This document shows positions 11,436 to 26,284 of a DNA stretch of 64,000 nt, piece after piece; the first letter of the stretch is position 1; every line of letters starts with the position of its first letter. The stretch spans positions 22,440,345 through 22,504,344 of the forward strand of contig NC_134028.1 of NCBI RefSeq assembly GCF_964204645.1. Reading direction: 5' to 3'. The notes beneath the pieces were generated by a model. The model made no database searches and had not been told where the DNA came from. It saw only the letters and a list, made by a program, of their open reading frames with translations. This DNA is from Tubulanus polymorphus. Lineage: Eukaryota > Animalia > Nemertea. Both the position numbers and the translations under genes were made by a program.

Positions 11436-13837
11436 CTGCAACGAAATGACGTATATAGAATTAGGCAAAATGCACGTTCATGTCAACTATAGCTATGATG
11501 GTAATGCATATTGTGTTCGCATCAATTTTTCTCTAGTTTGTGCTGCCCTCTGGTAGGGGTGGATAAAGAACGGGTAAGTGTCGGGGAACGCGTGGGAATT
11601 CGGGGAAGGTGATAATGATAGGAAAGGCTAATTTGTTTAAAACCTTCGTTTTTTAACGAAAATGAAAAGCATTGAAACGTATGAAACAGTGCGTTTATGA
11701 TGAATTTCCTCGGCCAATGACGACGATTACATCGTCCCAAAAACACAAGATAGTTTCGAAGTTATAGCTGTTATGAATAATCTCAATTTACAAGTGAGCC
11801 GTATCTGCTAACACTGAGCCCGAGTAACGAATCGCCACCATTCTATAGACGAAGTCTGGACGATTTGATTTCCCAAACCTAGAGATAAATGTCTGTGAAG
11901 TCAGCAATTTTCTAATAGAACAGACTCGGGCCCAGACGAAAGATGTTGAAGTTTTGGCGATCAGTTTTGTAAGGATGGCGATCGTCTGTATTGGGGGGGG
12001 GGGGGGGGGGGAGTATGCAAACCGCAAACCGATACCTGTAGTACACATATCTCGACTTGGCCTTAGGTCTCGTATTACCACGACGAAATGAGGTTTGGGA
12101 GTATTAGAATATATGTTAGACGTGTCCCTAAAGCAGCTCTTCGCGGCGATGCGTCACCGAGCCTCAGCTGATGAAGTTCTAAAGTGCTCCAGTCGATGCT
12201 GTTATAATAGCTTTCGATAGAACATGATGAATATAATTTGCCTCCACATTACCCGGTTTACGCCGTGTACAGGCAGCGGCTTGCCCCCCCCCCCTTGGGT
12301 TTGAATAATCTCTTGAGCAATTAACACTTAACCGAAAGACCCGGTACATCGGAAGCCGCATTCTATACTGTCTAAATGGTCAATTGTCGGAACGCGTGAA
12401 CGTCAAGCCCTTTGCATAGCTGGTATCGCTTAGCCGCTGTCAGTTTCCATTCCGCGGATGTATACGCAACGCGACTAACGACTCGTAATTGTACAAAGGA
12501 CCGTTCATAGGTTGACGAGTATTGGTATTAGCCGACGGACGACGGCGTGAATGTCTGCGCAGAGTAAAAGTGTGACATTTACTGATCGACTCGCGCGCAG
12601 ATTCAGAGAGCCAGGCGCAGACGACACGCCGATAGCGGACACATGACTGATCAAAGCAAAAAGAGATACGCTGAAAGGAATTGCCTTTCGTTGACTGAAT
12701 CGCGAATCGAGAGAGGCTTGGCGTTCGTGGTCTGTCGGGAATTATTAGGCGTTCGCATTATTTAGCTCGAGTTACCCGACAGAAAGAAACCTCGCATCGT
12801 GAAAAAAGAAATAAAAGAGATTCCACCTCTACGCCGAACGTTTCCTCTAAGCACCAACTATAGATGTTTAATACCGTAGCTAAACCGTTTGACATCGGGA
12901 TAAACTTTAATGGGGAATAAGTGTCGTTAATGAATACTGACACCCACAACCCAGACTGAGAGGTCAAGACTCGAATGCATCGCTAAACCCTTGATCATCC
13001 GAACGCCACTAAGGGTGTTATAAGCACCTTCCCGATACAAATCTAAACTGCGGTACAATGCATTAAAAAGTTTAATCACAACGAACGTGTACTTATGATA
13101 TGTAAAGAACTGACCGTTTGATAATTGCATCGGAATAACTGATTGTAGAACTTTTTGAATATTCAGAAAATAGGAATAACGCAGACTTGAAAAACCCGAT
13201 GTCTCATAACGATTGACCAAGTATAGATTCAGTGTGGTGCGTACAGCTGTATTTTTACAAGAAGCCGGTGACGTTGTGTCTAGAATCTTCAATCCGTCGA
13301 CCGAAGACAAACGATCTATAGATACAGGTCTCTCCTCTCGTTATTTCCCGATCGCGATACGATCTCTATACCGAACTCGATAGCGATGGAATCTTTGCTC
13401 GTCGCAGACTGCGGAATCTTCTGGTTCGTGGCCGGTAAACGTGGCGCCTGACACGTCTCTGTCACCGACGAGCCAGTGCATTAGCTATTTTACTAACGGC
13501 GTGGTTACGCGTGTAACTGCGGATATATGCCTTCCGCATTAGAAAGGTTACGAAAATGTCAAAGGCGAAAGAAAGCGAATGCAATGTTTCGATCGAAAGT
13601 CGACACCAGATATTTAAATCGTGACGTAGTGCGGTGCGGTCAATAACGGTCAATTTAATCAGGGCAAACCGTCGCGTATGCACACAGCTGCAAGTACCGA
13701 GTTCCGAGGAGCTGGTTCTGAATAACAACGATAATTCCTATTAATCACTTGACAAGATCGTATGTAAAGTACCCGGTATACTCGCGTACGAATGGGTCAA
13801 CGATCAGACCGGAGACCAGTTATACAGTCATACCTTA

Positions 13838-14158
13838 AGCCCGCCGCACACGGCACCGAAAAAACGTTTTTTCCCTCGTGAAAAAAAAACGTTTTCGATG
13901 TTTTTTGTTATGCCGTGTGCGGGGGAGGCAAAACACAAAACGCCGAACTAAAAAACGTTTTTCACGAGCAAAAAATGTTTTTCGCGAAACAAGCACTGCT
14001 TGATTTGCGAAAAACGTTTTGTGTGATCGAAAACGTTTTATGTCCCGTGTGTGTTGAACCTTTTATCGTTTGCGGGCAAAACGTTTTACGAAAAACGTTT
14101 TGTGAGAAACGTGTTTTCTGTCTCGGCGAAACAAATGTTTTGCCGTGTGCGTTGGGCT
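13838..14158. mobile_element. PIF/Harbinger-like MITE with TTA TSD, nested in a family-A MITE
   Basis: TIR agcccgccgcacacggca / tgccgtgtgcgttgggct, tta on both sides (13835-13837, 14159-14161); many internal AAAACGTTTT palindromes; flanks rejoin into a family-A sequence. Confidence 0.8.
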
Positions 14159-16577
14159 TTAGATGTAAGACCAGTCTAAGACCAAATTATTTATCTAGCC
14201 AATCTGACAACTTAGGAGCAGACTTGGATTTAAGATTTTCTTGAATTTCACATCAAGCATACTGTGCTTTTGGGCCAACAGTTGATGTCATGCTGTGAGT
14301 TAAGATTTCAACAGCAAATCAGTAAATTTATGATCGAATCAAAGAACTTTCTCGACTAAATCTGGCACGTTCTTGTCATCTATATCACTTAACCTCTTAA
14401 TTTTTCAAACACAATGGCAACAAGTCAGGGAAGAAGCCGATTGAATATTCCAAATGACGGCCGCTGCAAACAGCTTTGAAACACCGAACACTATTTAGAG
14501 AGGGCGAGCTTCGACCTTCGCAAAGCTCACGAACGCGAAGATAGCCGCGTTATTTCTCGGTAACTAATTACACGATATGATGACAAGAAAACAAGATTAA
14601 TGCGAGATCGCGCGACCGGGAGCGGTCTAAACGCGGACGGTGTTCGGTGCGTTCTATCTGCGGATCCATCATCGACCTGATCGATGGTGGATCTTTGTCG
14701 TGTTTGTATGTGCGTTGTTGTGACGGCTGGCGAATTCTTCATCGATCGATCGTTCTGTCGTCGGGGCGTAAACAACTGCGATGCACTTGTCGCAAATGGT
14801 TTATTAGTTGTCACTATCCCATTTCGAAATGGATAAATACACGCATATATTGGCAGCGGAAAGGTTGACATGTCATCGCGCTCGCTGTACATCTATCGGC
14901 GTTCCTTCCGCGTCCGGAAATGACGTCGCGCGTGTGTAGGTTATCCTCGAAGGTTAAGGTCACTTCGTACGAGATGAAATTAACCGATCGCGCGCGTCGT
15001 TATTCACGATATTAGCAGAGCCGGGTTCAAGGCTAAGATTTCCGAGGTTACAGATTTGCAAATGTGATGAAAACAAAATAAACGAGGATTGCGGCTGATA
15101 AATGCGCCAATGATTTTTTTATAGTCTATCGGGTCAGTTCTATAGACGGACCGATTCGTCCGAACGATCTTTAACCTATTATCGAAGCTTCTTCATATCG
15201 CGTTACTGTGATAAATCGTATGCGGCTATCGACCTATACTGTCTGCATCCGCCTAAAGAACCCTTCGAAAATCGACACGCTTTCACCCTCCTCGCAAAAA
15301 AAAGCCGTCACGACTTCACCAGTGAAGGCTTTGTTTTGTCTGAAAATGGAATCAGAGCTAGGTTCAACTGGACAATCCGTCTTAAATTCTTCGAATCCCC
15401 AACTATCTTCACTTATCTCATTCTATTACTTGGGGAGGCTTCTCGACATCAACCCACGGACAAACATACATCAGATCGTCCAGAATTTATACCTATCAAT
15501 TTTTTTGTCTGAAGGGTGATGAAGATTGATACGCGTATCGAGTCGCTAGTTCGATTACCAGTCAGAACAGGGTGGTCATTATACAATCTTAGACGTAAGC
15601 TTTTAGATAAAGATTACACGCGCGAAAGCAAGCGGCAATTTACTCGTATATCCGCAGTTACTTCAGTTACTTCGACGACGCAGGGTGCGTATTGACTTTG
15701 ACTTTTTCGGCGTAACTGCGTTTAATGCGCGTAACAGTCGGGGCGAGATCGCGATAACGGCCATTAAAGGGTGGCGCGAAATTCCGATCGAGTTTAGCAA
15801 AAAGTACAATTCGTTATCCGTCAGCAACGCTGATTTCCAATAGGAAACACGGTACAGCGTTTTTACCAGGTCGGTGCGTGCTCCTCGGAAAGCAATACAC
15901 CACTTAACGTTTTCAAAAAAACGAATGAAAACACATTTCGTAACTGGCGCAGTTTTTTATTATTGTTGCGGGTTAAAGAAATGCTTACTTCGTCTCGACG
16001 AACGCGAGGAGTGAAATGATAATATCAAACTGGTTTATGTAGCATTGGTAATGATTAAGGAGTGGAATATTCTCGGAATGACGAACGCCGGGTCCTAGAA
16101 ACGCGAATGTTTTTCCGAGAATTCTTCGTACACTGTGATCGCAAAGAAACGATGTTTCCGAACTAGAAGTTTTATTACAAGAATCCCGCATTGTTATTGA
16201 TTCGGGCCGTGTGTAAAAGAACACACGAGACTCGATGTCCATCATTTTCTGTTTTACGCGACACGCGGCACGAAAATCTGTTTAAGCTCCAGTTTAAAAC
16301 CAAAACAATTGCGGGATGACGGATTAGAAATAAACGAAACTGATTGATTGATTACGAGAAAACATCCTCAATAACTTAACTAATGAAATTGATAACAAAT
16401 TAATAGACAAATCCTCGAAGAAATTCTCTACGACGTGGTTAGTTGATTGAGTCGGGATTAGAAAGCTTACCTGAACTGATCTGACTTAAGAAACCTGAGA
16501 CCTAACCACTCGGCCAAGCGCCCAGCTGATATACTACTGAGCATAACGACCTAAAATGACTAGTGAGCGTTACTCAG

Positions 16578-17068
16578 GACCCAGTTCCACAGTTGTGAGT
16601 TAAGATTTGACTCAGAGTTAACTCATTGAAAATAAACCTACTAGTGAATGTGACCCAACCCACGCGCCTTACAGGTCGTGGCCATCCCCTCCGTGTCATG
16701 ACCATAAGAGCGACACGTGACTGCTACAAGAACTCTTTCTTCCCAAAAACAATAGCTCAATGGTATACTCTCCCTGCATCAGTTGTCCTGACCCAGTCAC
16801 CCGAATCCTTCAGGAGGCTGGTATCTGTGGCACATCGCTAGATTTATTCCAAAATCCGATTAAGTGTTTTTAAAATGTACATTATCTCTTTTATTATTAT
16901 TATTAATTGAATTTTCCATGCACACTCTTTTTCTTTCTTTTCTAACACAGACGCGCACGCTCTAAAAAATACTCGCGAATGCGAGTGTGATGGAGTATTT
17001 AAATGAATGAATGAATAAACTAACTTAAACTCAGAGTTAACTCCAACTCTCGACTGTGGAACTGAATC
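16578..17068. mobile_element. Family-B MITE (CAG TSD) interrupted by a LINE 3' fragment
   Basis: Halves gacccagttccacagttg...cattgaa and taacttaaactcagagttaac...ctgtggaactgaatc, flanked by cag/cag. Confidence 0.8.
16638..17013 (+). mobile_element. 5'-truncated non-LTR retrotransposon (ORF2 C-terminus, 3' UTR, (TGAA)n tail)
   Basis: Peptide RATRDCYKNSFFPKTIAQWYTLPASVV resembles the LINE ORF2 end motif SFFPRTIxxWNxLP; 3' hairpin ctcgc-gaat-gcgag; tail aatgaatgaatg; TSD aataaac at 16631-16637 and 17014-17020. Confidence 0.8.
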
Positions 17069-17960
17069 CAGTAGTTTTTTAATGCCTCGTTAAAACGTAA
17101 GATTTGTGTTTACAGTTCCTTATTTTGTTACATCTCTTCCTCATATCTGCGGTGACTGATACTAAAAACAGTTTCATACTAAACAAAAAAAAAACATAAT
17201 TTCATACTAAAAAGTTCTGTACTGCTAAAAGCACGAACAAAGTTTTTTTTACATTGGGGCCCTTTTTGCTTTCTCGCATGAGAAAACCGAAAGTTTTGAA
17301 TTCTAGCACGAGAAAACAAAAATGGGCCAATTTAAGAATTTTTTATCGCGCCTCTAATTCACTGAGCACCTTAGTGCCAGTAGTATGTCGCTATCGCGAC
17401 CCCTGGTGGTTCGATGCTATTCTTTTAATTCGGTATAAGAATGAAAAGTTCGCTCTAGCACGGAGTTTAAGCAGATTTATATTCGTCGTTAAACCCGAAT
17501 CAGCCAGTGCATTACTACTATAAAGATTGGATATATTTGAAAGAATGTATCTCTTCTACGCTCTATCTAAGAAATTAGACGTCGTAAATAGGATATCGCG
17601 AGCAGAACGCTTTATAATCCCGGGCGGGCGAATCTATTTCGGTGGATGTTACGCAATATTAGTAAAAACGTGATTCATCGACTTCATGAAATTATACGAT
17701 ACAACATTGTTAATCGTACTTCATATCGAAACTGCGTATAATCAGCTGAGATAAATGAATGCTTTGAATTTCAAGTGCGTTAAGAAGCGTTGCACCGATA
17801 CTATATAACATATCTATCTCCATTGAATTAAACCCAAGGGGAGATCATCAGTAAGCTTATTATTTTGCACAGTTATACTTCAATAATTGCTTAAGCTTAA
17901 TCGTTGCTAAAACCCGGAAAATAACCAGTGAGTTAGTTTACTTTAGTTTAGTCAAGGGCA

Positions 17961-18147
17961 ACGAGAGAAATCCCACGATGAACTCAGCCAAAAATGACAA
18001 GTTCTATATTAAAATGATTATATTTCGAGCAACGTTTCGGCTATTACTATCATTAATAGTGTCTAGCCGAAACATTGCTCGAAATATAATCATTTTAATA
18101 TGGAACTTTTCGTTTTTGGCTGAATTTATTGTGGGATTTCGCTCGTT
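17961..18147. repeat. Long imperfect palindrome (~85-bp arms), probably Penelope-like terminal modules in inverted orientation
   Basis: acgagagaaatcccac...tttcggcta mirrors tagccgaaa...gtgggatttcgctcgt; the two near-identical opposite-strand ORFs in the track are an artefact of this symmetry. Confidence 0.85.
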
Positions 18148-21100
18148 ATTCATCATACACGGATATTGTGTATCTTCTCGTCTCACTACTTAGTCAAGAC
18201 TACCGTCATGGTTTATCAAACTAATCAACAAAACCGCTTTTGGTTCTATGACATCTTAAAATGCCCATTTCAGTTACAGGCCAATCTAACCACGATGTTA
18301 AGGCCACAACTTACTAAGGGCACATCTTGGTTCGATTGCAAATTTAACCAATTAAGATAAGTCTACGCTCATTTTAGATCTTAAACCAACCTGACGACGT
18401 TATTTACAGGGCTGCAGGGCTATTTCGAGCCGGCAAGTGATTCCTATAAGAATCGAGTCAATTTTCAATTTGCCCGTCTAATGGTTTTCTATCTAGATAA
18501 TTAAAGCCTTCTCCTCGAGACTTTAAGAACACTTTGCGACGTTGCGACACTCTTAACGATATCGCTAATAATCGACGACGACACTTTCCAGTGCAAGTAA
18601 ATATCTATAAAATCGCTTCTTTTCAAAAACGCCTCCGTGTTTGCGGCCGGCGCGTATATATACGCGTATACAAACATAGTTTCATCGTCATCATCATCGG
18701 CGAACGCGACGATCTTAGAGAGGAAAAAATTTCATTAAAAAGACAGATATTAGACGATGAGAACAGACGGGGACGTATGGCTGGATGCTAATATAACCCG
18801 CGTTTGTTTACACGCCGCCATCGGAGAGGACACGAGTACATCACGACGAGTATCTCAGGCGAACATTATTATACACGCACAGACGAGCCCTGACCAGACA
18901 CAACCGAAAGATTACGAAACCCTCTTCCCGGCGGTACCGCCGTTGTAGATAAGCTTATTAGACGTTCGGAGCTTCGAATACTGCGAGTGCATATTCCTAA
19001 TTATCCGAAGATCGGATGCACGCGCTCACTACTTGATTCCCTCCCATCTTTCGCCGGCTTGAATACCGCGAGTAAAAAATCCGGTCGGAATAGGAATAGC
19101 TACTGAGTCTAATTAAAAGCAAGATTGCGTATGGGAGAAAACGATACAGTACATACGGACAGGTTCGGCAGTTCTCCTCAAATTACTCGGGGAAGGGGCT
19201 CTACAGAAAAACCCTACTGCCACCGGGATTCGAACACTAACCGTGAAAGACCCCATGGCCATTACGTATGCATCATATGATATTTTGGTCGTGTCTCAAG
19301 GTCCGGTGGTGAGTTTGAACAGCTTTTGGGTCTCACTATATTCCTATTCACCCTTGCACCCAATGTACTACGGCAGTTTGCAAGGTAAATCTTACATTCG
19401 TATTCGCTTTTTCTGATGAGGATGAATGGTTGAAAAAAATAAATCAGTTGCCCATTCAATTGTTGATCAGCCAGTCAGCCACTCAATCAATCGGTCAGCC
19501 GAGTCGGTCGGTCAATATCGACCAGTATCCATTGACCCGGTACTCGTCTGCGATGTTAACATCACGTTTACGAAAATAACGAAAACGATCCGGCCCGTAT
19601 CTCGGCGACATCGCGCATGAATAGTTGATTTAACGACGAGGCGTTTACCGGCTATCAGCGCAGATAAGCTCTCCCCGACGCATCCGTCTAGCGAAAGCCG
19701 AACCCGTGTCTGAATCAACAAACGAGCGATAATTGAAATAATTGCCTCGTATCTCGAGGAATAATTTGTTGTACGTAACTTAAAAAGCGCTCGTATAACC
19801 GAAACTATATGATACGAATATAGAGTCTTATATACCGGCTGGAGGATACGACTGTCTTTAGTCGCACACCACTTAAAGGACTAAGATGACTTTTTTCGTA
19901 GCTTCATGAAAGTAAAGGGCGGATACTTGCGCAGACTTCGACAAGACCATAAATAAATGGAAAAGGCATTGACTGACAAAGGGCAAGTATCCTGAAATAT
20001 GCTCATGTTTGAGTATTAGAAGCCATAATTTTCTATGTTCTGACTAGAGGTTTAATTTTTTTTCACTTTTGGGTGTCTCTGGCGAATGTGAGAGCAATGA
20101 CGTGGTCTGAAGGACTTGAGACTAGTATCTAAGCCTGTTTGGCTTTTCTTCAATTCCTCGCATGAACTATTGCTACACCGACTATATAATATGCCATGTG
20201 TTCTATCGTAATATATGTACCAATTATTTATGCAAAATAAATTAGATCAAATAAAGCCATGGAAAGTGACCGCCAAGCCAAAGCTGGGTCTGGAAAATTG
20301 TAAAATGTCAGTAAAACCCTTTCCAGACACATAAGTGACATTAAACTATTATTGTTCTTCGGAAGGGTCCGTGCTCCTTGTACTATCATTTGGATCCGTC
20401 CCTGGAAGCTTCGAGGCATAGGAAACATAGAGATAACGATAAAGATAGCTCGATACTGGTTCGTATTGCGTGTGTATATAGAATAACCCTGGAGGTGACA
20501 TTTCTATAGCTGACTGTTTGTTCAGCTGACACATTAAAACACTTAATGGATTTGATTTTCTGGAAGCGACGCCGACAAAAAAAAAACGACCAACGTCTGT
20601 CTAGAAATCGACGCACAGTTTTCCATTCGATTATCCGACGAGACATCTCCAGGTGATAACTCTTTAAAGTGCCAATGAGCGATCGCGGGACCGGCCGAAA
20701 ATAGATTAGTTTCCACGTAAGCAGCGCAGTTAGCAGCCAATTCACGTCTCAACCATCGCTAGAAGTGACTTCTCTAGTAGGTATAAGACGTTATGTAATC
20801 CGTCTGATATCTGAAAACGGTCCCGACCCAGGCCCTGTTCAGAGCAGCAAAGAAAAACGTAACTATAATCCAAACTCAACGCGCTCGGCCATTGCGTACA
20901 CAGCAACGGCTTTCCAGCTTGAAGAACTAAAAAACAAATTGATGTAGGATACCTGTAATGTTGACGAAAGCGCATACAAGTGTTCTACTTTTAGGATGAA
21001 AGATATAGCTATAAGCATTTGCGCATCGAGTGGTCATCATAAAGTATGGCCGTTATATCCGGATTACGAGGTCTTTCTAATCTCAGATGCTTTTTCAACA

Positions 21101-24100
21101 ATAATAGTTCGCTCTTTTTCCCCGGGCCGTCAGCCTCTCGACGGTAAGTAGCCAGACAAGTATCGAAGAAAGTTAGAGAAGCATCGTCGGAAATATCACA
21201 AGTAGCGAGGGGACAATGACCTCAGTAAACCTCAGTTTCAATGATGGCTCTTTTTACGGCTTTAGACCCAGTTTCACAGCCGCGAGTTTAGATTCGAATC
21301 AGAGTAAAGTCATCGAAAATGAACTGATTTTTAAGTCAGAGTAAACTCTAACTTACAACTGGATACTGGTAACCACGTGCCCCGTCTGGCAATACGTGAT
21401 AACGGCCCATCCTTGCTCCAACTGCCCGGGAATTCAAGACGTATACCACCAGAGAGAATTTAAATAATCCCAGCTTGACGTATATTCGTGCAAAAACTGC
21501 CAAACAAAGACTCCAGGACTTCAAGACGCAAATCGGTTACTAACTATTGGTTGATAAAAGTCTATGCGAACGTGTGTATAAAAATGATTCGGTAAATATA
21601 TATTTGTATATATATTTGCATGGAGTGCAACTAAAGTAACGTCCGAGTAATTAATTGCAGGCAAACATCATAGCAGCGATCGCGATTTTCTTCGAGTTGC
21701 GTGTAAGTTATTTATACCGTTAATTACAACTCGAATTATCTGAGCTCGATGTAAAACAAATAACAAGTAATGAAATCCGCGGTGAAACTTTCGACGCAGC
21801 GCACGCCAATGCCGGGCGAGAAACTACCCGCGTTTAAACTGGTTGAGACCTGATACGATTCGACTGATCAGAAGGGATTGTTATAGGAATTCATCTTATT
21901 CTGCTGAGTAGAGAGAGGCCGTGCTGTTTGAGGGACAGTTTTATTTTGGGGAAAATGGCACTCTTTCATCTTGATAAGAGGCACTTCCCTATTGAAAAAG
22001 GACAGATCTTAGATATGAAAAGTCTGAGTACCTGTTCTGGTCATTTGAGAATGGATTTACTTGTCGTTCTCCAGATAACGATGAAAATTGTGTCCAAATT
22101 TCAAAAAATCTTGACCAAATCTTTTAAAACACTTTTTGAAGGGCCCTTTCAAGGTTTTGGCAGGGGTTCGTTCGCTACTCCCGAATCCCCCCCCCCCCCC
22201 CGGCACGAGCCCAGAGAGGGGCAAAGTAAACTGTAAGAATCTGCTCCGCGCGCGTGCTTTCGCGACCTAGACTCATAAAAAAACTTGGAAAAACTTGAAA
22301 ATAGGTCGGAGAATTGAGACAATACGTCACTACCTTTTCTTCGTATTTGCGGGGTTTTTCTTTGACTGAATTTTAAGACAGTCACAATCACTTCGTGGGT
22401 TTCTAACGAATTGACGTCATAGGCTAGACATCATGGTTTTTTCGCCGGTCAGGGTTGGAGAATACCACGCCTTACAACGGATAACATGGCCATCAACAAA
22501 CACAGTCGGTTTCTGCCATTGTTTTTTTTAACTGTCAATATGGCAATAGTTTTTTGATTCGCCTTCTAACGTATTATATACCGCGTGGAGCTTATGAGAA
22601 CAACACCGACGCATTCGAACAAATAGCTGGACGTTTTTGTTAGAGAAAAACTTGCCGCCGACTTCGGACCGAAGAAACTAACGATGAACTGAAAATGATA
22701 TCGGTTGAAGTCAATTCGAGTGAATATACACGACGACGACGTGACGTCATTATAGTCGAATCCCACGACGCGAACGTGTGTGTGCGTGTCTGGTAACCGA
22801 GGTTGAATTCACGAGTTGTGTCAGTATGCGTGGCTGGTGCTGATAACACGGCTCCGTGCAGCTGCTGAGATCGCCCGGCGTCATAACGACCGAGCCCGAA
22901 AGAAATTGAAATACGGAGCGGGGATGATAGTTGAATGTGTGTGAGATTTGAACGAAAAGACAATGTGGTACCGGTATACACCACTAGACGGCGTTACTAT
23001 GTGTTCGGTTTATGTAAATTGACCTAACACTGTTAAGAATTCACAATTACATAATGCCGTAAAACTCGCTATATTTGTTAATGTTGGCCTCAAGTTACTT
23101 AAGTAAATTACATGCATATAATTTGCATGTAATCCTCATTGTAATTCTATTATATGTACATTTTCGTTTCGTTTCTTGAATTGTAAATTTTCATTGTATA
23201 AATTCTTGCAACATCTACGTACCAATATCTGCTTAGAGAGAATAAGCTATCCCATTCTATGCTTTCTATTCTTTGACCTTAAACTCGATGTTAGGCTTCC
23301 GATTCCAAATATCATCAAACGTGACATAGATTGACTTTCCCACTTCAGTGTTAGGTAAAGTAATCACTGAACATTCAAAGAAGTTGACTCGACTCGAATC
23401 GGAATGTAACCGATATGTCTACCTACTAACGACACCTGGTGGATTCTGGCAGTCGGCAGCACGCCGTGTCGATCCCATCAATACAAACGCAGTGAATTTT
23501 GTAAATTCAAACTGTAACGAACTCGAAATCCAAACCTATTCATAACCGAATATTTGAACTGCCCGTGAACCAAGCCCCCGTGTGTGCGAAAAAAATTAGT
23601 TACTGCCAAACTTCGTAAGCGGATACCGGTTTGAATAATGGACGTGGAACGAACTGATTGATTTTACTGTCCGATCACTTATCATTCTTAATGCGTGACT
23701 CGAAAATAAATTTTGAACTAAACGCATCGTACGCGCGCTACTCTTTCACTTTTAACTTGCCCGGCTATTTAGTAAGATATTAATTGCGATTTGCATAGTT
23801 TCTGACGCTTAACAACTGTTAAACATTATGAGTTATGTTTGCCTCGATGTCTGTTAAACTCACCGCCTAATTACTTGCCGAACCCTCGCCGACCCCGCAG
23901 AGAATCCAACCTCCGCCAATACGACGGCAAAGAGAATATGGTCTCTGTCGTGTACCAGGCGCAGTTACCAGGCGCCATTTTGAGGCGGTCCCAAAGGTCC
24001 CGCATATTGTTGGACAGATTTTTTAAACTAAAACCTCTAGCACGATTATTTGTCGTACATCCCTTTTTTGGCACAAAATTAAAACATATGAATCGTTAGA

Positions 24101-26284
24101 AAGGTGACATTTTTTCTATTTTCTGGTGATGTTAAATTAATTTTTCTCGGCTATAACAATCGCATTTCTCCCAGATGAACGCTTTGAACTGCAATATGTG
24201 ATCCTTGCGCCATGTATAAACGATTTATTGTTTTCGTGGCGTAAATTCATATATTGTATGAATATTTACCGAGTGGCATGCGATTAAACGATCAATCAGG
24301 TTTCTGCCGAGAAATTTTATCAATCGATGTAACGAAGAAATTCGTCTATCGATTCAAGCTGTTCTCACCATAGGCAACTAATTAACCGAGCTTCCGATCA
24401 GCATCATCAATCACTGTTTAACTACGGTACCCCGTCAGATCGGCGGACAGTCCGAGCATCCCGTGTTCGCCCCGGCTAACGTTGTACGGTCGGTATACCG
24501 AACAATGTTACCGATCTCGAAGCCAGATTATCTAACGGCGCTTTCATGGGGTCCGTTTGAATTAGAAGTCAGGTTGAATGCATTATGTCTTATGTCTATT
24601 TCAACCTGACTTGGAGAGCATTCCGGGTGGCCTAGCTCGCTCATTTTTGGTAGTACATACCTGATAAAAAGGCCTAAACCGAGGATGTAAGTTCTAACTC
24701 TAACACACAACTATGGAAATGGATCCAGTAATTTTACCTTTGAACACTGGCTGAAATTTCAAGACATTTCTCAGGGTCCCTTATGAACAATGTATAAACT
24801 TCTGTCGCGGTGACCACTTTTTGCGTCTAACACACACACAATCGATTTTCCTCTCTCGCTCCACGCGACCTTTACAACCGCAAAGATGTAGCGCGTCAAT
24901 GCAGAGTTATAATTGAAATTGATCCTATATTCATATCGATTATTTTTCATTTCCTCTCGAGCGCCAACGGATCCCTCTCCGCCTTCCAAAAATCTATATG
25001 TGAGGAAATAAATCGCTACCATTGCCTTAACCTCCTCTATCGAGGCATCATGGCCATGTGCTTTTTTGATCTGACTACACGCCATATCGCTCTCTGTACA
25101 CGACTTCTGTCAGTTATAGTCGTGACTTCAGTCTGCAAGTGGCCATAAAACCCAAGACTGGCCTTGACTTTAGTTATTAGTTTGGCGACGTATAGAGCTG
25201 AAATATTCTTAGCCTGGTCTAAAATCTAACACGTCCTAGCTTAGATTGTATTGAGGCTAAAACCATCTTAGTTCGTAAGCCATTCTAAAACAATCTACAC
25301 GGTATTGCCCGACGGTTACATTTCAACGACTGGTCCCTCGTTATTCAGGCAAAGACGAAATTCTTCAGATGAACACCTCGGTTTTCTGAAGCAATCGTCG
25401 ATTTTTCATTGCACGTTTATGTTCATCCAGACGGACAGACAGTCGATCGTTAGTTATTTCCCCGGAAAGCCACTCGTTTATACCCGGCAATGATCAATCT
25501 CATAATGTACATAGGTCGATTTGCTAATGGCCGCGACGATAAATTCATTCAATGACAATATGCCCCCGGGGATAGGTAAATTTGAAGTTTGCCGATTCGG
25601 TAATCGATTATCACAACCATTTAAACTCAGCGCTCGCATCGCGCGCTCTCATTCAATTTCAAGTTACTCCTAATGGGACCCGGTTTGATGACGTTAAAGT
25701 AACACGATTTGACTGGAAACGCAACTGTATAAATAGTCACTGCTTTCCGTGTGGTTAAGTTTGTTAAATTTCAGAAAGTGCGCCAACCCAAATCTGAGAC
25801 GCGAATCGTAATGGGTTTTTTGCCGCGAAGCCTGGGAAAGGATTGATGAGATTATCCAGGCATGAAATGTTGCCTCTACGATGGGGGGGGGGGGTTAAAA
25901 AGGAAAGGATAGGTTCAGTTCAGGCCATAAAGTTGTTGACTAAGGTAACTTCTCATCTCTGAACATATCATCAACCCTGGTCTTGGCCAACGCCACATAA
26001 TACTGCATGGGCTGAATGACTGAAAAAAAGAATAAATTATTGCTGAAACGACGTCTTGAATTCCGGAACGATTAATGATATTTTACAACAGATCCCCCGA
26101 TTAAAAAACAACCTCAGAAAGCTGCAATTAGACGAATCTTTATCAGATTAACGAAACTGTTTCTGCTCATTTTCGACGATTAGTTCTTAAATACCACCAA
26201 TCAGTCCTGCGCCAACAATTCCGATTAACCATCTCCACCATAAGTTTAACCATGGCTGTCAGGTTATAGGTGCTTGCAACTTGA

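Noticed and set aside
17978-18193. Two similar ORFs on opposite strands
   Set aside because: Artefact of the DNA palindrome.
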